64,000 nucleotides of DNA from Thermoanaerobaculia bacterium. Its GTDB lineage: Bacteria; Acidobacteriota; Thermoanaerobaculia; Multivoradales; JAHEKO01. Under the pieces are notes generated by a model. That model did no database searches, had not been told where the DNA came from, and was given only the letters and a program-made list of their open reading frames with translations. The stretch covers positions 4,227 to 68,226 of the forward strand of contig CAMYNM010000015.1 in NCBI GenBank assembly GCA_947259725.1, read 5' to 3'. This document shows, one piece after another, positions 34,185-43,057 of this stretch; within the stretch, counting starts at the first letter, position 1; each line of letters starts with the position of its first letter. Both the position numbers and the translations under genes were made by a program.

Positions 34185-35960
34185 CTAGGATCGTTTTGCC
34201 GCGAGCCAACGCTCGACCTTCTCGGCCAAAACCCAGAGAGGAACGGTTCCATCCTCGAGAACCAGATCGTGAAAAGCGCGCAGATCGAAGCGATCGCCGA
34301 GCTCGCTCTCGGCCAGCTGCCGCAGCCGCCTGATCTCGAGATTGCCGAGCATGTACGCCGTCGCCTGGCCCGGAACCGCTATGTAGCGGTCGATCTCCGC
34401 CGTGCCCCGGGCGGTGGTCTCGGTGGTGTGAGACAGCAAGTAGTCGATCGCCTGCTGGCGAGACCAGCCCAGCGCGTGCATGCCGGAATCGACCACCAGC
34501 CGAGCCGCGCGCAGGGCCTCGTTCGAAAGCAGGCCGAGCCGGTCGACGTCGGCGCTGAACAGCCCGAGCTCTTCCGACAGACGTTCGGAGTAGAGCGCCC
34601 AGCCCTCCCCGAAGCCCGACAGAAAAAAGTACTGCGAGATCGGATGCAGGCCCTCGCGCTCGAGCGCGACCGCGACCTGCATGTGATGGCCGGGATAGGC
34701 CTCGTGAAACGCGGTCGACTCGAGCCCAGCGCGGCTCTGCTCGGTCGCCTTGTAGGCATTGATCATGTACTTGCCGGGTTTGCCGTCAGGTGTCGGCGCG
34801 ATCGCTTGACCGCCCGGCGCGGATTTCTCGAGAAACGACGGGTAAGGCTCGACAATGACCGGCGCTTTCGGAACCCGTCCGAAGGCCCGCGGCATGGCCT
34901 GCCGGCCGCGCTCGACCGCGCTCTCGGCGTAGGCGATGAGCTCCGCGCGGCTCCGGAATCGGTACTTGGGGTCGGTCTTGACCAGGTTCAGGAGGTTGGT
35001 CGGATCCGAGACGCCGAAGCTGCGTTCGCCGATCGCGCGCATCTCGGCCTGGATCATCTCCATCTGCTCCAAGCCGATCCGGTGCACTTCCTCGGCGGTC
35101 ATGTCGACGGTGGCGTGATACTTGACCGCCGCCGCGTAGCACTGCGCGCCCTCGGGATTGGCGCTCACGCCGACCTCCTCCCGCGCCCGCGGCAAGTAGG
35201 TCTCGGCGAGGAAGCTCCGGTACTTTTGAATCGCAGGGCGAATCGATCTCGTCTCGAACGACTCGAGTTGACTCCGATAGTCCGGCATGCCGTCCACTGC
35301 CATCTGAACGAAAGGCGATGCGCTCACCGGCGCGGCGAGCATCGCGTCCATCTGCTCGATCACCACGCGGACGTTGCCCGCCGGCGCGCTGTAGCCGACA
35401 CGAAGGCCTTCAGTGAGATTCGCGATCTCGGTTTCCAGGTACTCGGCGATACCGGAGAATCGAGCCAGCGCGTTGCGCTGGTCCTCCAGCGTGTCGACCG
35501 GCACCTGGCCGGCAATCAACGGCAGCTCGCCCTGCCATCCGGTCCAGGTTGGGCTGACGTTCCAAAGCTCCATCCTGCAGGCCCGAAACCCGCGCGAGGC
35601 CTCGAGCAGATGCCTCAAGAACTTGTAAGTCATCGCCTCCGGCCGGCCCTCGATCTCCGCAAGGTCGATCTCCTCGAGCTTGGCCAAGAATTTGTCCTCC
35701 CGGGACTGCCACCGCGCCAGCGCCTCGAGGCTGTGATCGCCCAGTTGGGTCGGGTGCCGATCCGGGGCGCCATAGGAGACCGCGTGGTACGGAAACGCGT
35801 CGAAGTAGGACTCGACGTAGTCATCGGCCAGCGCTGAGACCCGCGCGGCGACCCCGTCGCCTTCGGTCTCGGTCGAGCCGTTGCCCGATTCGCTCGACGG
35901 GCCGTCGCAGCCCGTAACCAGCACAACCATCACGATGAACAGGCTGAGCGATGAGCGCAT
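34185..35960 (-). CDS. DUF885-family lipoprotein (metallopeptidase-like)
   Basis: FHEAYPGHHMQ signature of DUF885. Lipobox VLVTGC. ATG at 35960 preferred because an AAGGAA/GGAGA SD lies upstream. Confidence 0.85.
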   Translation of the reverse strand: MRSSLSLFIVMVVLVTGCDGPSSESGNGSTETEGDGVAARVSALADDYVESYFDAFPYHAVSYGAPDRHPTQLGDHSLEALARWQSREDKFLAKLEEIDLAEIEGRPEAMTYKFLRHLLEASRGFRACRMELWNVSPTWTGWQGELPLIAGQVPVDTLEDQRNALARFSGIAEYLETEIANLTEGLRVGYSAPAGNVRVVIEQMDAMLAAPVSASPFVQMAVDGMPDYRSQLESFETRSIRPAIQKYRSFLAETYLPRAREEVGVSANPEGAQCYAAAVKYHATVDMTAEEVHRIGLEQMEMIQAEMRAIGERSFGVSDPTNLLNLVKTDPKYRFRSRAELIAYAESAVERGRQAMPRAFGRVPKAPVIVEPYPSFLEKSAPGGQAIAPTPDGKPGKYMINAYKATEQSRAGLESTAFHEAYPGHHMQVAVALEREGLHPISQYFFLSGFGEGWALYSERLSEELGLFSADVDRLGLLSNEALRAARLVVDSGMHALGWSRQQAIDYLLSHTTETTARGTAEIDRYIAVPGQATAYMLGNLEIRRLRQLAESELGDRFDLRAFHDLVLEDGTVPLWVLAEKVERWLAAKRS

Positions 35961-36073
35961 TTCCTTGGTCTCCAGGGTCGTTTTGACCGGACTCGTTGGC
36001 AAGGTCGAAACCGGAATCGTAACACCCGAGTTTCGACCTGCGGGCGAGAGCCTCTAGAATCAGCATCCGCGAG

Positions 36074-37396
36074 ATGCACGTGAGCGACATCATGAGCCGA
36101 AGCCCCTCGAACGAGCCGGTCCGATTTCCGCCTGGCCAAACACTCCTGCGCCCGGTCCCCTTCCAGGACGATGCCTTGTCGCTCGTCGATGACCGGCTCG
36201 CGATGGGAGACTGCGGTGAGGGCCGTTTCGAGATCACGACCCGCGAGTCCCGGCTCACATGCCTGATTCATCACTCGGCGCCCTACCTCGCCGGCCTGCA
36301 GGAGGGACACCTGTTTACCCAGGTTCCGCTCTACGATTTCGTCACCCGCAGCCGACAGCTCGAGGGCGCGATGTGCTCGCTGGTCAAGACCGATTCGCCG
36401 CTGGTCTTGCTGACCGCCGTTCATTTCTGCAAGCGACCGATGCTCCAGGGCTCGACGCGGCTAGTGGATCCGGCTCACGTTCTCGCCGTGCTCGCTCGCG
36501 AGCGACGAGACGCCGCGATCGCCTTCGAGCGCTCGGGAAGCCGGACGCTTCTCTTCCTGAAGGATGGCGAGCCCGCCCGGCTCTACTTTGGTGATCGGCA
36601 AGACGACCCCGGCGCGGGGAGCCTGGAGGAGCGGGTCCTGGCATTCGCCTTCGCGCCCGACACGGAGCCGTGCCGAGTGGAGGTCTTCACCGAGCTGCAA
36701 CTCGAGCCGGACCCCGACGCGCGGACCTCTCTGGTCAAGCTGGCGCAGTCGAGCCAGCCCGCGCCGCCCGTGGATATCTGCGTCCACTACCCTGATGGCC
36801 GGGAGCTGCGCCGAAGGCCCTACGCTGGCCCGGAGATGATCATCGGACGCGATCCCACGGTGGATCTCTACATCGACAATCTCGCGGTCAGCCGCAAGCA
36901 TGCTCGCATCACCTGGCAGCGCGGTGGCTTCGTGCTGGAGGATCTGGGCAGCGCCAACGGCACGTTCATCGACGGCGAGCCGGTGACTTCCGTCGTCCTG
37001 AGCGCCGGCCAGGAGGTGGAGATCGGCAAGTTCCGGCTCTCGATCTACGAGTATCCGATCGAACCTCAGGTGATGGAGACCATGTTCATGCCGTTGAAGG
37101 CCACCCCATCACTCGGGTACCTGATCGGCGCCGAGGAGACCGTGCGTCTGCGCAAGGACACCATCTTCGGCAAGGGTGACGGCGTCGATGTCCGCGTAGC
37201 CGGCTTTCGAGTGCAGCCGGTCCACGCCCGGCTCTCGTTTCAAGACGGCGAGTTCGAGCTGCGCTGCTTCGGCAAGGGCAAACTGCGGGTCAACGGCGAC
37301 ACCACGAGGGCGGCCACGCTGACCTTCGGCGACGAGATCCAGATCGGCCGCACGCGCTTCCAGCTCGCGCGCGAAGCCGGCAGTTCGACAGCGTGA
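36074..37396 (+). CDS. FHA-domain protein (two FHA domains plus an N-terminal domain of unknown function)
   Basis: IIGRDPTVDLYIDNLAVSRKHARI...GSANGTFIDGEPV forms FHA 1. TIFGKGDGVDVRVAGFRVQPVHARL...LRVNGD forms FHA 2. A CTAGAAT box (36054-36060) lies 13 nt upstream, and no SD is present. Confidence 0.8.
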   Translation: MHVSDIMSRSPSNEPVRFPPGQTLLRPVPFQDDALSLVDDRLAMGDCGEGRFEITTRESRLTCLIHHSAPYLAGLQEGHLFTQVPLYDFVTRSRQLEGAMCSLVKTDSPLVLLTAVHFCKRPMLQGSTRLVDPAHVLAVLARERRDAAIAFERSGSRTLLFLKDGEPARLYFGDRQDDPGAGSLEERVLAFAFAPDTEPCRVEVFTELQLEPDPDARTSLVKLAQSSQPAPPVDICVHYPDGRELRRRPYAGPEMIIGRDPTVDLYIDNLAVSRKHARITWQRGGFVLEDLGSANGTFIDGEPVTSVVLSAGQEVEIGKFRLSIYEYPIEPQVMETMFMPLKATPSLGYLIGAEETVRLRKDTIFGKGDGVDVRVAGFRVQPVHARLSFQDGEFELRCFGKGKLRVNGDTTRAATLTFGDEIQIGRTRFQLAREAGSSTA

Positions 37397-37436
37397 ACCC
37401 CGCGCCTGGTAGATCTGCAAGAGCAGGAGGCGCCGG

Positions 37437-37844
37437 TCAGGAGTGCGCTGTCGGCTGCGAGGGACGGCGGAAGATCGTCCACCCCAGACGCGCCAGCACC
37501 AGGAAGACGCCGATCGCCACCGTCGTCATGGCGACTACCCTCGCCAGGTCGAGGGGCAGGAACAGCCAGGCGAGGGCATAGCCCACGCCGGCGATCACCA
37601 GAGTCCAGCCGGTAAACCGCTGCAGGGCCTGCTTTTTCGACGGCTCGCAACGCTGGACGGAAAGCGGCTCCAGGGTCTTGGGGACCGCATTGGAATAGAG
37701 CACCAACACGATCCCCATGACCACGCCGACGGCGCGCTTCTGGGCGCCGGGCTCGATCAGGTCGGCGCCGACCGCGAGCTTGAGGCTGAAGGCGATCGCC
37801 AGAATCGCGGCCGCCAGAAGGAGCGAACTGCGTATTGTCATCAT
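37437..37844 (-). CDS. Small four-TM membrane protein co-translated with the SdpR-family regulator
   Basis: Hydrophobic 135-aa product. Its ATG overlaps the regulator's stop as ATGA (37841-37844). The arrangement resembles sdpR-sdpI, but I do not see the SdpI signature. Confidence 0.55.
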   Translation of the reverse strand: MMTIRSSLLLAAAILAIAFSLKLAVGADLIEPGAQKRAVGVVMGIVLVLYSNAVPKTLEPLSVQRCEPSKKQALQRFTGWTLVIAGVGYALAWLFLPLDLARVVAMTTVAIGVFLVLARLGWTIFRRPSQPTAHS

Positions 37845-38161
37845 GATCCGGATTCCTTCCTGTGTCTGTCGCCGGAGACGATACTCGCCTCCTTCGACTG
37901 AATTTCTAGTCCGAACGCCTGGGTGAATCCCAGGAGAGCGTCTTCAAGCACTGACATCTTGAGCCGGTAGATGATGGTCTTCCCGTTCCGCTCGGTCTCG
38001 ACGAGGCCGGCTCCCCGCAGGACCGCGAAATGCGCCGACATGGTGGGCTTCGAGACCTCGAAGTGCTCGGCCAGCTCGCCCGCGACCATCGGCCGCCGGC
38101 GCAAGAGCTGAAGGACCCTGCGCCGGGTCGGGTCGGAAAGGGCCTTGAAGACCTTGTTCAT
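37841..38161 (-). CDS. ArsR/SmtB-family transcriptional regulator, autorepressor SdpR subfamily
   Basis: FKALSDPTRRRVLQLL...GELAEHFEVSKPTMSAHFAVLRGAGLV...IIYRL wHTH. ATG at 38161 sits 7 nt after a -10 box. Confidence 0.85.
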   Translation of the reverse strand: MNKVFKALSDPTRRRVLQLLRRRPMVAGELAEHFEVSKPTMSAHFAVLRGAGLVETERNGKTIIYRLKMSVLEDALLGFTQAFGLEIQSKEASIVSGDRHRKESGS

Positions 38162-38197
38162 GTTTCGTAATTTAGCTAATCGTCTAATTGTTGTCAA
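38162..38197 (-). promoter_or_regulatory. Sigma70-type promoter TTGACA-17-TAAATT driving a leaderless SdpR-family gene
   Basis: On the minus strand: TTGACA (38197-38192), 17-nt spacer containing the direct repeat ATTAG-ACG-ATTAG, TAAATT (38174-38169), then 7 nt to the ATG at 38161. It is a sharply AT-rich patch in GC-rich DNA. Confidence 0.6.
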
Positions 38198-38241
38198 TCC
38201 CCAGCTCGCCGGCGCCGGAGGTCGAGGGTCGACGCGAATCT

Positions 38242-38763
38242 CTAGCTCACGAGCTCATACAGCAGCTCGTCGACGCGCTCGTCTCCGGCGGCAGCAGCCG
38301 CGCCAGCGGCGCCACCAGCGCCAGGTACCGCTTCAGATCGTTCAGCCGAAAGCGTGAATCCGCACTTCTCGAGTACCCGGATCGACCCGAGGTTGTGCCT
38401 GGCAACGTAGGCGTGGAGCGGTCGCTCCGTGACCTCGGTAAGAAACTCGAGCAGCGCCGCGGTGGCGATGCCCCGGCCCCAGAACTCCCGGCCGAGCCAG
38501 TAACCGACCAGCCGCCGGCCGGACTGCTCGAAGCACACGACATTCCCTGCGACTTTCTCGCCTCGAAGAATGGTCCGCGTGACCACCGCTTCGTCCGCCA
38601 CGATCTTCCCCCAGTGCTCCATGAACGCCGCGCGGCCGCGGGCCGGAAACGCCGCTTGACGATTGGCTTCGGGGTCGCGTTGGTGCTCGTAGAAGACCGG
38701 GAGATCCGCTTCGAGGACAGCACGCAGAAAGACCTCGCCGGCTCTTGGATCGGTGGGTGGCAT
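38242..38763 (-). CDS. GNAT N-acetyltransferase (RimJ/RimL-like)
   Basis: VGYWLGREFWGRGIATAALLEFL and ARHNLGSIRVLEKCGF. Start set at MPPTDPRAGEV. Confidence 0.8.
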   Translation of the reverse strand: MPPTDPRAGEVFLRAVLEADLPVFYEHQRDPEANRQAAFPARGRAAFMEHWGKIVADEAVVTRTILRGEKVAGNVVCFEQSGRRLVGYWLGREFWGRGIATAALLEFLTEVTERPLHAYVARHNLGSIRVLEKCGFTLSAERSEAVPGAGGAAGAAAAAGDERVDELLYELVS

Positions 38764-38847
38764 CGAGGCTCGCAACTCGCGTCGAGACTCTACTGCATGG
38801 CTTTGGGAACCGCCGGAGTACACTCTCCCCCACGGAGGACGCTGGCG

Positions 38848-40590
38848 ATGAAGAAGAACCCCCTGAATCACCTACTGGTTGGAGCGTTCGCAACCGGCCT
38901 GCTGGTCGGTTCCGCCGGCTGCAACCCGTCTCGCGCGCCGGACCAAATCGCCGACCTAGTGTTGCGTAACGGTGTCGTCGCGACGGTGGCCGAGGCTCAG
39001 CCCGAGGCCCAGGCGGTCGCGATCCGCGGGCCATGGATCGTCGCGGTCGGGAGCGACGACGACGTCGAGGCCTGGATCGGGCCGAAGACCGAAGTCCTCG
39101 ATCTCGCCGGCCGCCGCGCGATTCCGGGCTTCGTCGAAGGTCACGGACATTTCCTGAGCCTCGGACATGCCAAGACGATTCTGGATCTGACCAAGGCGCA
39201 GGCTTGGAACGAGATTGTCGCCATGGTCGCCGAAGCCGCCGAACGTGCCGAGCCCGGAGAGTGGATCGCCGGACGCGGCTGGCACCAGGAAAAGTGGGAG
39301 CGGCCGCCGTCGCCCGCGGTCGAAGGCAACCCCGTCCATCACTCGCTCTCCGCGGCGAGCCCCGAGAATCCGGTGCTTCTGGGGCACGCCAGCGGCCACG
39401 CCGCGTTCGCCAACGCCAAGGCGATGCAGCTGGCGGGACTGACCCGCGACTCCGAGAACCCGGCCGGCGGTGAGCTGGTTCGCGATTCGTCCGGAGAGCT
39501 CACCGGCCTCTTGCGCGAAACCGCGCAGCGCCTAGTCGCCGGCGCGCTGTCACATGCGCTCGAGACCAGAAATAAGCAAGAAGTCGAGGCCGAAACGCGC
39601 CGGTTCGTCGAGCTCGCCGGTGAGGACGCGCTCTCAAAGGGGGTCACCAGCTTCCACGACGCCGGCACGCCCTTCGAAGACATCGACTTTTTCAGGCGCC
39701 TCGAAACCGACGGCGAGCTGCCGATCCGCCTCTACGTGATGGTCCGCCGAGAGAGCAACGAGGTCATGGACGAGCTCTTGCCAAGCTACCGCATGGTCGC
39801 CGAGGGCAACGACTTTCTCACCGTCCGCTCGATCAAGCGCCAGATCGACGGCGCTCTCGGCGCCCACGGCGCCTGGCTGCTCGAGCCCTACACCGACATG
39901 CCCGAAAGCCGTGGTCTGGTGCTCGAGCCCGAAGACGAGATTCGCGGCACCGCGGAGGTCGCCATCAAACACGGCTTCCAGGTCAACACCCACGCGATCG
40001 GAGATCGCGCCAACCGCAGCGTCCTCGACATCTACCAGGGGGTCTTCGAGGCCAGCGGCAATCCGGCCGACCTGCGTTGGCGGATCGAGCACGCGCAGCA
40101 TCTCAGCCCTGAAGACGTGCCTCGCTTTTCCGAGCTCGGCGTCATCGCCTCGATGCAGGGCGTCCACTGCACCTCGGATGGCCCCTGGGTGCCCGACCGC
40201 ATCGGCGACCGGCGGGCCGCCGAGGGCGCCTATGTGTGGCGTTCACTTCTCGAAAGCGGCGTCACGATCATCAACGGCACCGATGTCCCGGTCGAAGACA
40301 TCGATCCGATCGCGAGCTTCTATTCCACCGTGTCGCGGCGGATGAACAACGGCGAGCTCTTCTACCCCGACCAGAGGATGACCCGCGACGAGGCGCTTCG
40401 CTCGTACACCCTCAGCGGCGCCTATGCGGCCTTCGAAGAAGATCTCAAGGGCTCGATCGAACCGGGCAAGCTCGCCGACATCGTCGTCTTGTCGCAAGAC
40501 ATCATGACGGTTCCCGACGACGAGATCCTGGCGACCCGAGTCGATACGACGATCCTCGGCGGCGAGGTTCGTTACCGACGCTCGGAATGA
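38848..40590 (+). CDS. Amidohydrolase-family lipoprotein (YtcJ-like, Amidohydro_3)
   Basis: GGAGGA SD. Lipobox LVGSAGC. Metal motif IPGFVEGHGHFLSLG. Also HAIGDRAN and INGTDVPVE. The track start at 38188 is a false extension. Confidence 0.85.
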   Translation: MKKNPLNHLLVGAFATGLLVGSAGCNPSRAPDQIADLVLRNGVVATVAEAQPEAQAVAIRGPWIVAVGSDDDVEAWIGPKTEVLDLAGRRAIPGFVEGHGHFLSLGHAKTILDLTKAQAWNEIVAMVAEAAERAEPGEWIAGRGWHQEKWERPPSPAVEGNPVHHSLSAASPENPVLLGHASGHAAFANAKAMQLAGLTRDSENPAGGELVRDSSGELTGLLRETAQRLVAGALSHALETRNKQEVEAETRRFVELAGEDALSKGVTSFHDAGTPFEDIDFFRRLETDGELPIRLYVMVRRESNEVMDELLPSYRMVAEGNDFLTVRSIKRQIDGALGAHGAWLLEPYTDMPESRGLVLEPEDEIRGTAEVAIKHGFQVNTHAIGDRANRSVLDIYQGVFEASGNPADLRWRIEHAQHLSPEDVPRFSELGVIASMQGVHCTSDGPWVPDRIGDRRAAEGAYVWRSLLESGVTIINGTDVPVEDIDPIASFYSTVSRRMNNGELFYPDQRMTRDEALRSYTLSGAYAAFEEDLKGSIEPGKLADIVVLSQDIMTVPDDEILATRVDTTILGGEVRYRRSE

Positions 40591-41795
40591 GCGAGATCCC
40601 GGCCAGCGAGCCGGCGTACCAAAGAAACCCGTACCTTACGACCCTGGAAGTCGAAGTCATCCGAGCCGGCGACGACCGGGGCCGGCCCTTTGCGGTCCTC
40701 GATGACACGGTCCTCTACCCCGAGGGCGGCGGGCAGCCGGCGGATCACGGCAAGCTCGGCGCGATCGCGATAACGGACGTACAGAGGGTGGACGGAGAGA
40801 TTCGCCACTACCTTGGCGTTTCCTGCGCGCCTGGACGCGCGGTCCTCACCCTCGACTGGGGACGCCGCTTCGACCTCATGCAGCAGCACACCGCGCAGCA
40901 CCTCCTGTCCGCTCTCGCTCTCAACCGGTTCGGCTGGGCTACTCGGTCGTTTCATCTCGGAGCCGAGACCAGCGACATCGAGCTCGACGCCGCCGAGCTT
41001 CCGAGGACCGAGCTCGACGCGCTCGAAGGAGCCGCGATGGCCGAGGTAGTCGCCGCTCGAGCCGTCTCGACCCGCCGGGTCACGTCAGAGGAGTATGCCC
41101 GACTCGAGGTTCGCAGCCGCGGCCTTCCCGCGAGCCACACGGGAGACATCCGGCTGGTCGAGATCGACGGAATCGACCGCAACACCTGCGGCGGCACGCA
41201 CCTGCGGACCACCGCCGAGATCGAAGTCGTCAAGATCCTCGACACCGAACGGCTTCGCGGCGGGACCCGAGTGCGTTGGGTGGCGGGTGGACGGGTGCGG
41301 CGTCGGCTGGCCACGCACGAAGCGCGCAACTCGGCGCTGCGCGAGCTTTTCGACAGCGACGACGCGAGCCTGGCCGAGATTGCAGGCTTGAAACTGGAGC
41401 AGCTAGCAAATCAAAGGCGCCGGATCCGTCACCTCGAGCTCGATTTGGCCGCCGCCCGAGCGACGGCTCTTGCGGCGAGCGACGATCCGGTAGTCGACGC
41501 GCACTACAAGAACGTCGACGGAGGCTTCCTACAACAGGTGGCGCGATCGCTGCTCGAGCAAGCGCCGGCGAAAGCGGCTCTGCTGACCGCCACCCGAGAC
41601 GCGAGCAGCTTCTTCCTCGTGGCGGCCGGCGCGGAGAGCCCGCTCGACGCTGCCGAGACCGGCGCGCGAATTGCCGAGACTCTCGGAGGAAGAGGCGGCG
41701 GCTCGGGAGGGATCCACCAGGGCAAGGCCGGCTCGCTCGAGCGCCGCGACGCGGCGGTCCAGATGCTCCGCCGGGGAAACGAGGGGTCACCATGA
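40587..41795 (+). CDS. alaX: Alanyl-tRNA editing protein, AlaX-L type (editing domain plus a DHHA1-like C-terminus)
   Basis: Zinc and editing motifs HTAQHLLSA and CGGTHL. C-terminal GGRGGGSGGIHQGKA. Its ATG overlaps the upstream stop (ATGA, 40587-40590). Confidence 0.85.
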   Translation: MSEIPASEPAYQRNPYLTTLEVEVIRAGDDRGRPFAVLDDTVLYPEGGGQPADHGKLGAIAITDVQRVDGEIRHYLGVSCAPGRAVLTLDWGRRFDLMQQHTAQHLLSALALNRFGWATRSFHLGAETSDIELDAAELPRTELDALEGAAMAEVVAARAVSTRRVTSEEYARLEVRSRGLPASHTGDIRLVEIDGIDRNTCGGTHLRTTAEIEVVKILDTERLRGGTRVRWVAGGRVRRRLATHEARNSALRELFDSDDASLAEIAGLKLEQLANQRRRIRHLELDLAAARATALAASDDPVVDAHYKNVDGGFLQQVARSLLEQAPAKAALLTATRDASSFFLVAAGAESPLDAAETGARIAETLGGRGGGSGGIHQGKAGSLERRDAAVQMLRRGNEGSP

Positions 41796-42988
41796 AGTCC
41801 AGCGGCTTGCCGCCGGCAGCTTGGCTGACGGTTGCGACTCTTCTCTTCTCGGTCGCGGTCGGTGCGCAAGCTACGGCTCCAAGATCGCTTTTTGGGGACG
41901 ACTTCGAAGGCGATCTCTCCGGTTGGGAGATCAACTCCGAGGACGCCATCACCATCATCGATTCGAGGGACGAGACTCACGGGCAGGTGCTCCGTCTTCG
42001 CCCCGAACACTCGACGCTCTTCGCGCTGATCCGGGGCTCGGAAAGCTGGCCCGCATACCGCATCGAAGGCGAGGTGCTCTTTCCCACCGACGAGCACAGC
42101 TATCTGGGTTTCATCTACAACCTGCACGACCACGACGGTCGGATCGACCTCGGCAGCCTCTACATCAAGGGCAACGGCAGCTATGTCCGAATCAACCCGC
42201 GCAGGGACTGGAACCCCGCCCGAATGCTCCACGAGGAGTTTCGTGTCGAGCTCACCGGTGACGACGCCATCGTCATCGGAGAGTGGCAACGCTTCGCCTT
42301 CGAGGTCGAAGGAGCCGTTTGCCATCTTTACGTCGCCGACATGAAGACCCCCAAGGTCACTTTCCCCTACTTCGAGTTTGACTCCGGACTGGCGGGCTTC
42401 AAGCCGCGGGTCGTCGGCGGCCCAGTTTGGATCGACAACCTCAGAGCGACCGCCATCGACGGGCTGAGCTACCGCGGCCCGATGCTTCCCGCAGGGATCG
42501 AGCACCGCCCGGAGAGGATGGTGCGCGACTGGCAGGTCTTGGGTCCACTCCGGGGAACCCACGGCGAGCTCGAGCGGCGCGCCTCGCCCCTGGTCGCCAG
42601 TGCCGTCGAAAACGGCGTCGAGCATCGGTGGCGTACATTCGCCACCGATCCGCGCGGCGCGGTTGTCACCGGTCGAGTGGTGGATTTTCTAGGCGACCGC
42701 ACCGTCGCCTACTTCCATACGACGATCGAGGTGGCCGAGAACGCCTCCGCCAAGCTCGAGTTCAGCACCATCGACGAGATGGCCGTCTGGCGAAACGGCC
42801 GTTTCGAGGGCTACAGCCGCGCCGATCAGTTCGCCTGGCACGACTTCGGCCTGAACCCGGATCATCCACCGTCACCGTACACCTCCCTGGCTCTGGACCC
42901 GGGCACTAATCATGTCTTGATTCGCATCCGCGGCGGCCGCTACGCAAGCGGCGGGTTTTTCGCCGCGGTGCGCTCAGAACCTCGATAG
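41792..42988 (+). CDS. Secreted protein with a LamG/DUF1080-like jelly-roll domain
   Basis: Signal peptide MKSSGLPPAAWLTVATLLFSVAVGAQA. FGDDFEGDLSGWEI...WQRFAFEVEG...VWIDNLR resembles the concanavalin-like fold. Its ATG overlaps the upstream stop (ATGA, 41792-41795). Confidence 0.6.
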   Translation: MKSSGLPPAAWLTVATLLFSVAVGAQATAPRSLFGDDFEGDLSGWEINSEDAITIIDSRDETHGQVLRLRPEHSTLFALIRGSESWPAYRIEGEVLFPTDEHSYLGFIYNLHDHDGRIDLGSLYIKGNGSYVRINPRRDWNPARMLHEEFRVELTGDDAIVIGEWQRFAFEVEGAVCHLYVADMKTPKVTFPYFEFDSGLAGFKPRVVGGPVWIDNLRATAIDGLSYRGPMLPAGIEHRPERMVRDWQVLGPLRGTHGELERRASPLVASAVENGVEHRWRTFATDPRGAVVTGRVVDFLGDRTVAYFHTTIEVAENASAKLEFSTIDEMAVWRNGRFEGYSRADQFAWHDFGLNPDHPPSPYTSLALDPGTNHVLIRIRGGRYASGGFFAAVRSEPR

Positions 42989-43021
42989 CTGTAGCTTCGG
43001 GGCCCTGCGGCGACAGCCAAT

Positions 43022-43042
43022 GCTCCCGCTCCTGTCGGGAGC
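43022..43042. terminator. Hairpin in the convergent gap (42989-43057)
   Basis: GCTCCCG-CTCCTGT-CGGGAGC (7 bp). There is no clear U-tract in either orientation. Confidence 0.3.
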
Positions 43043-43057
43043 GAGCGCCTGCCGCGG

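Noticed and set aside
37437-37844. Calling the membrane protein downstream of the SdpR-family regulator 'SdpI immunity protein'.
   Set aside because: The gene arrangement fits, but I could not see the SdpI/YhfL family motif in the sequence, so it is left as an uncharacterised membrane protein.
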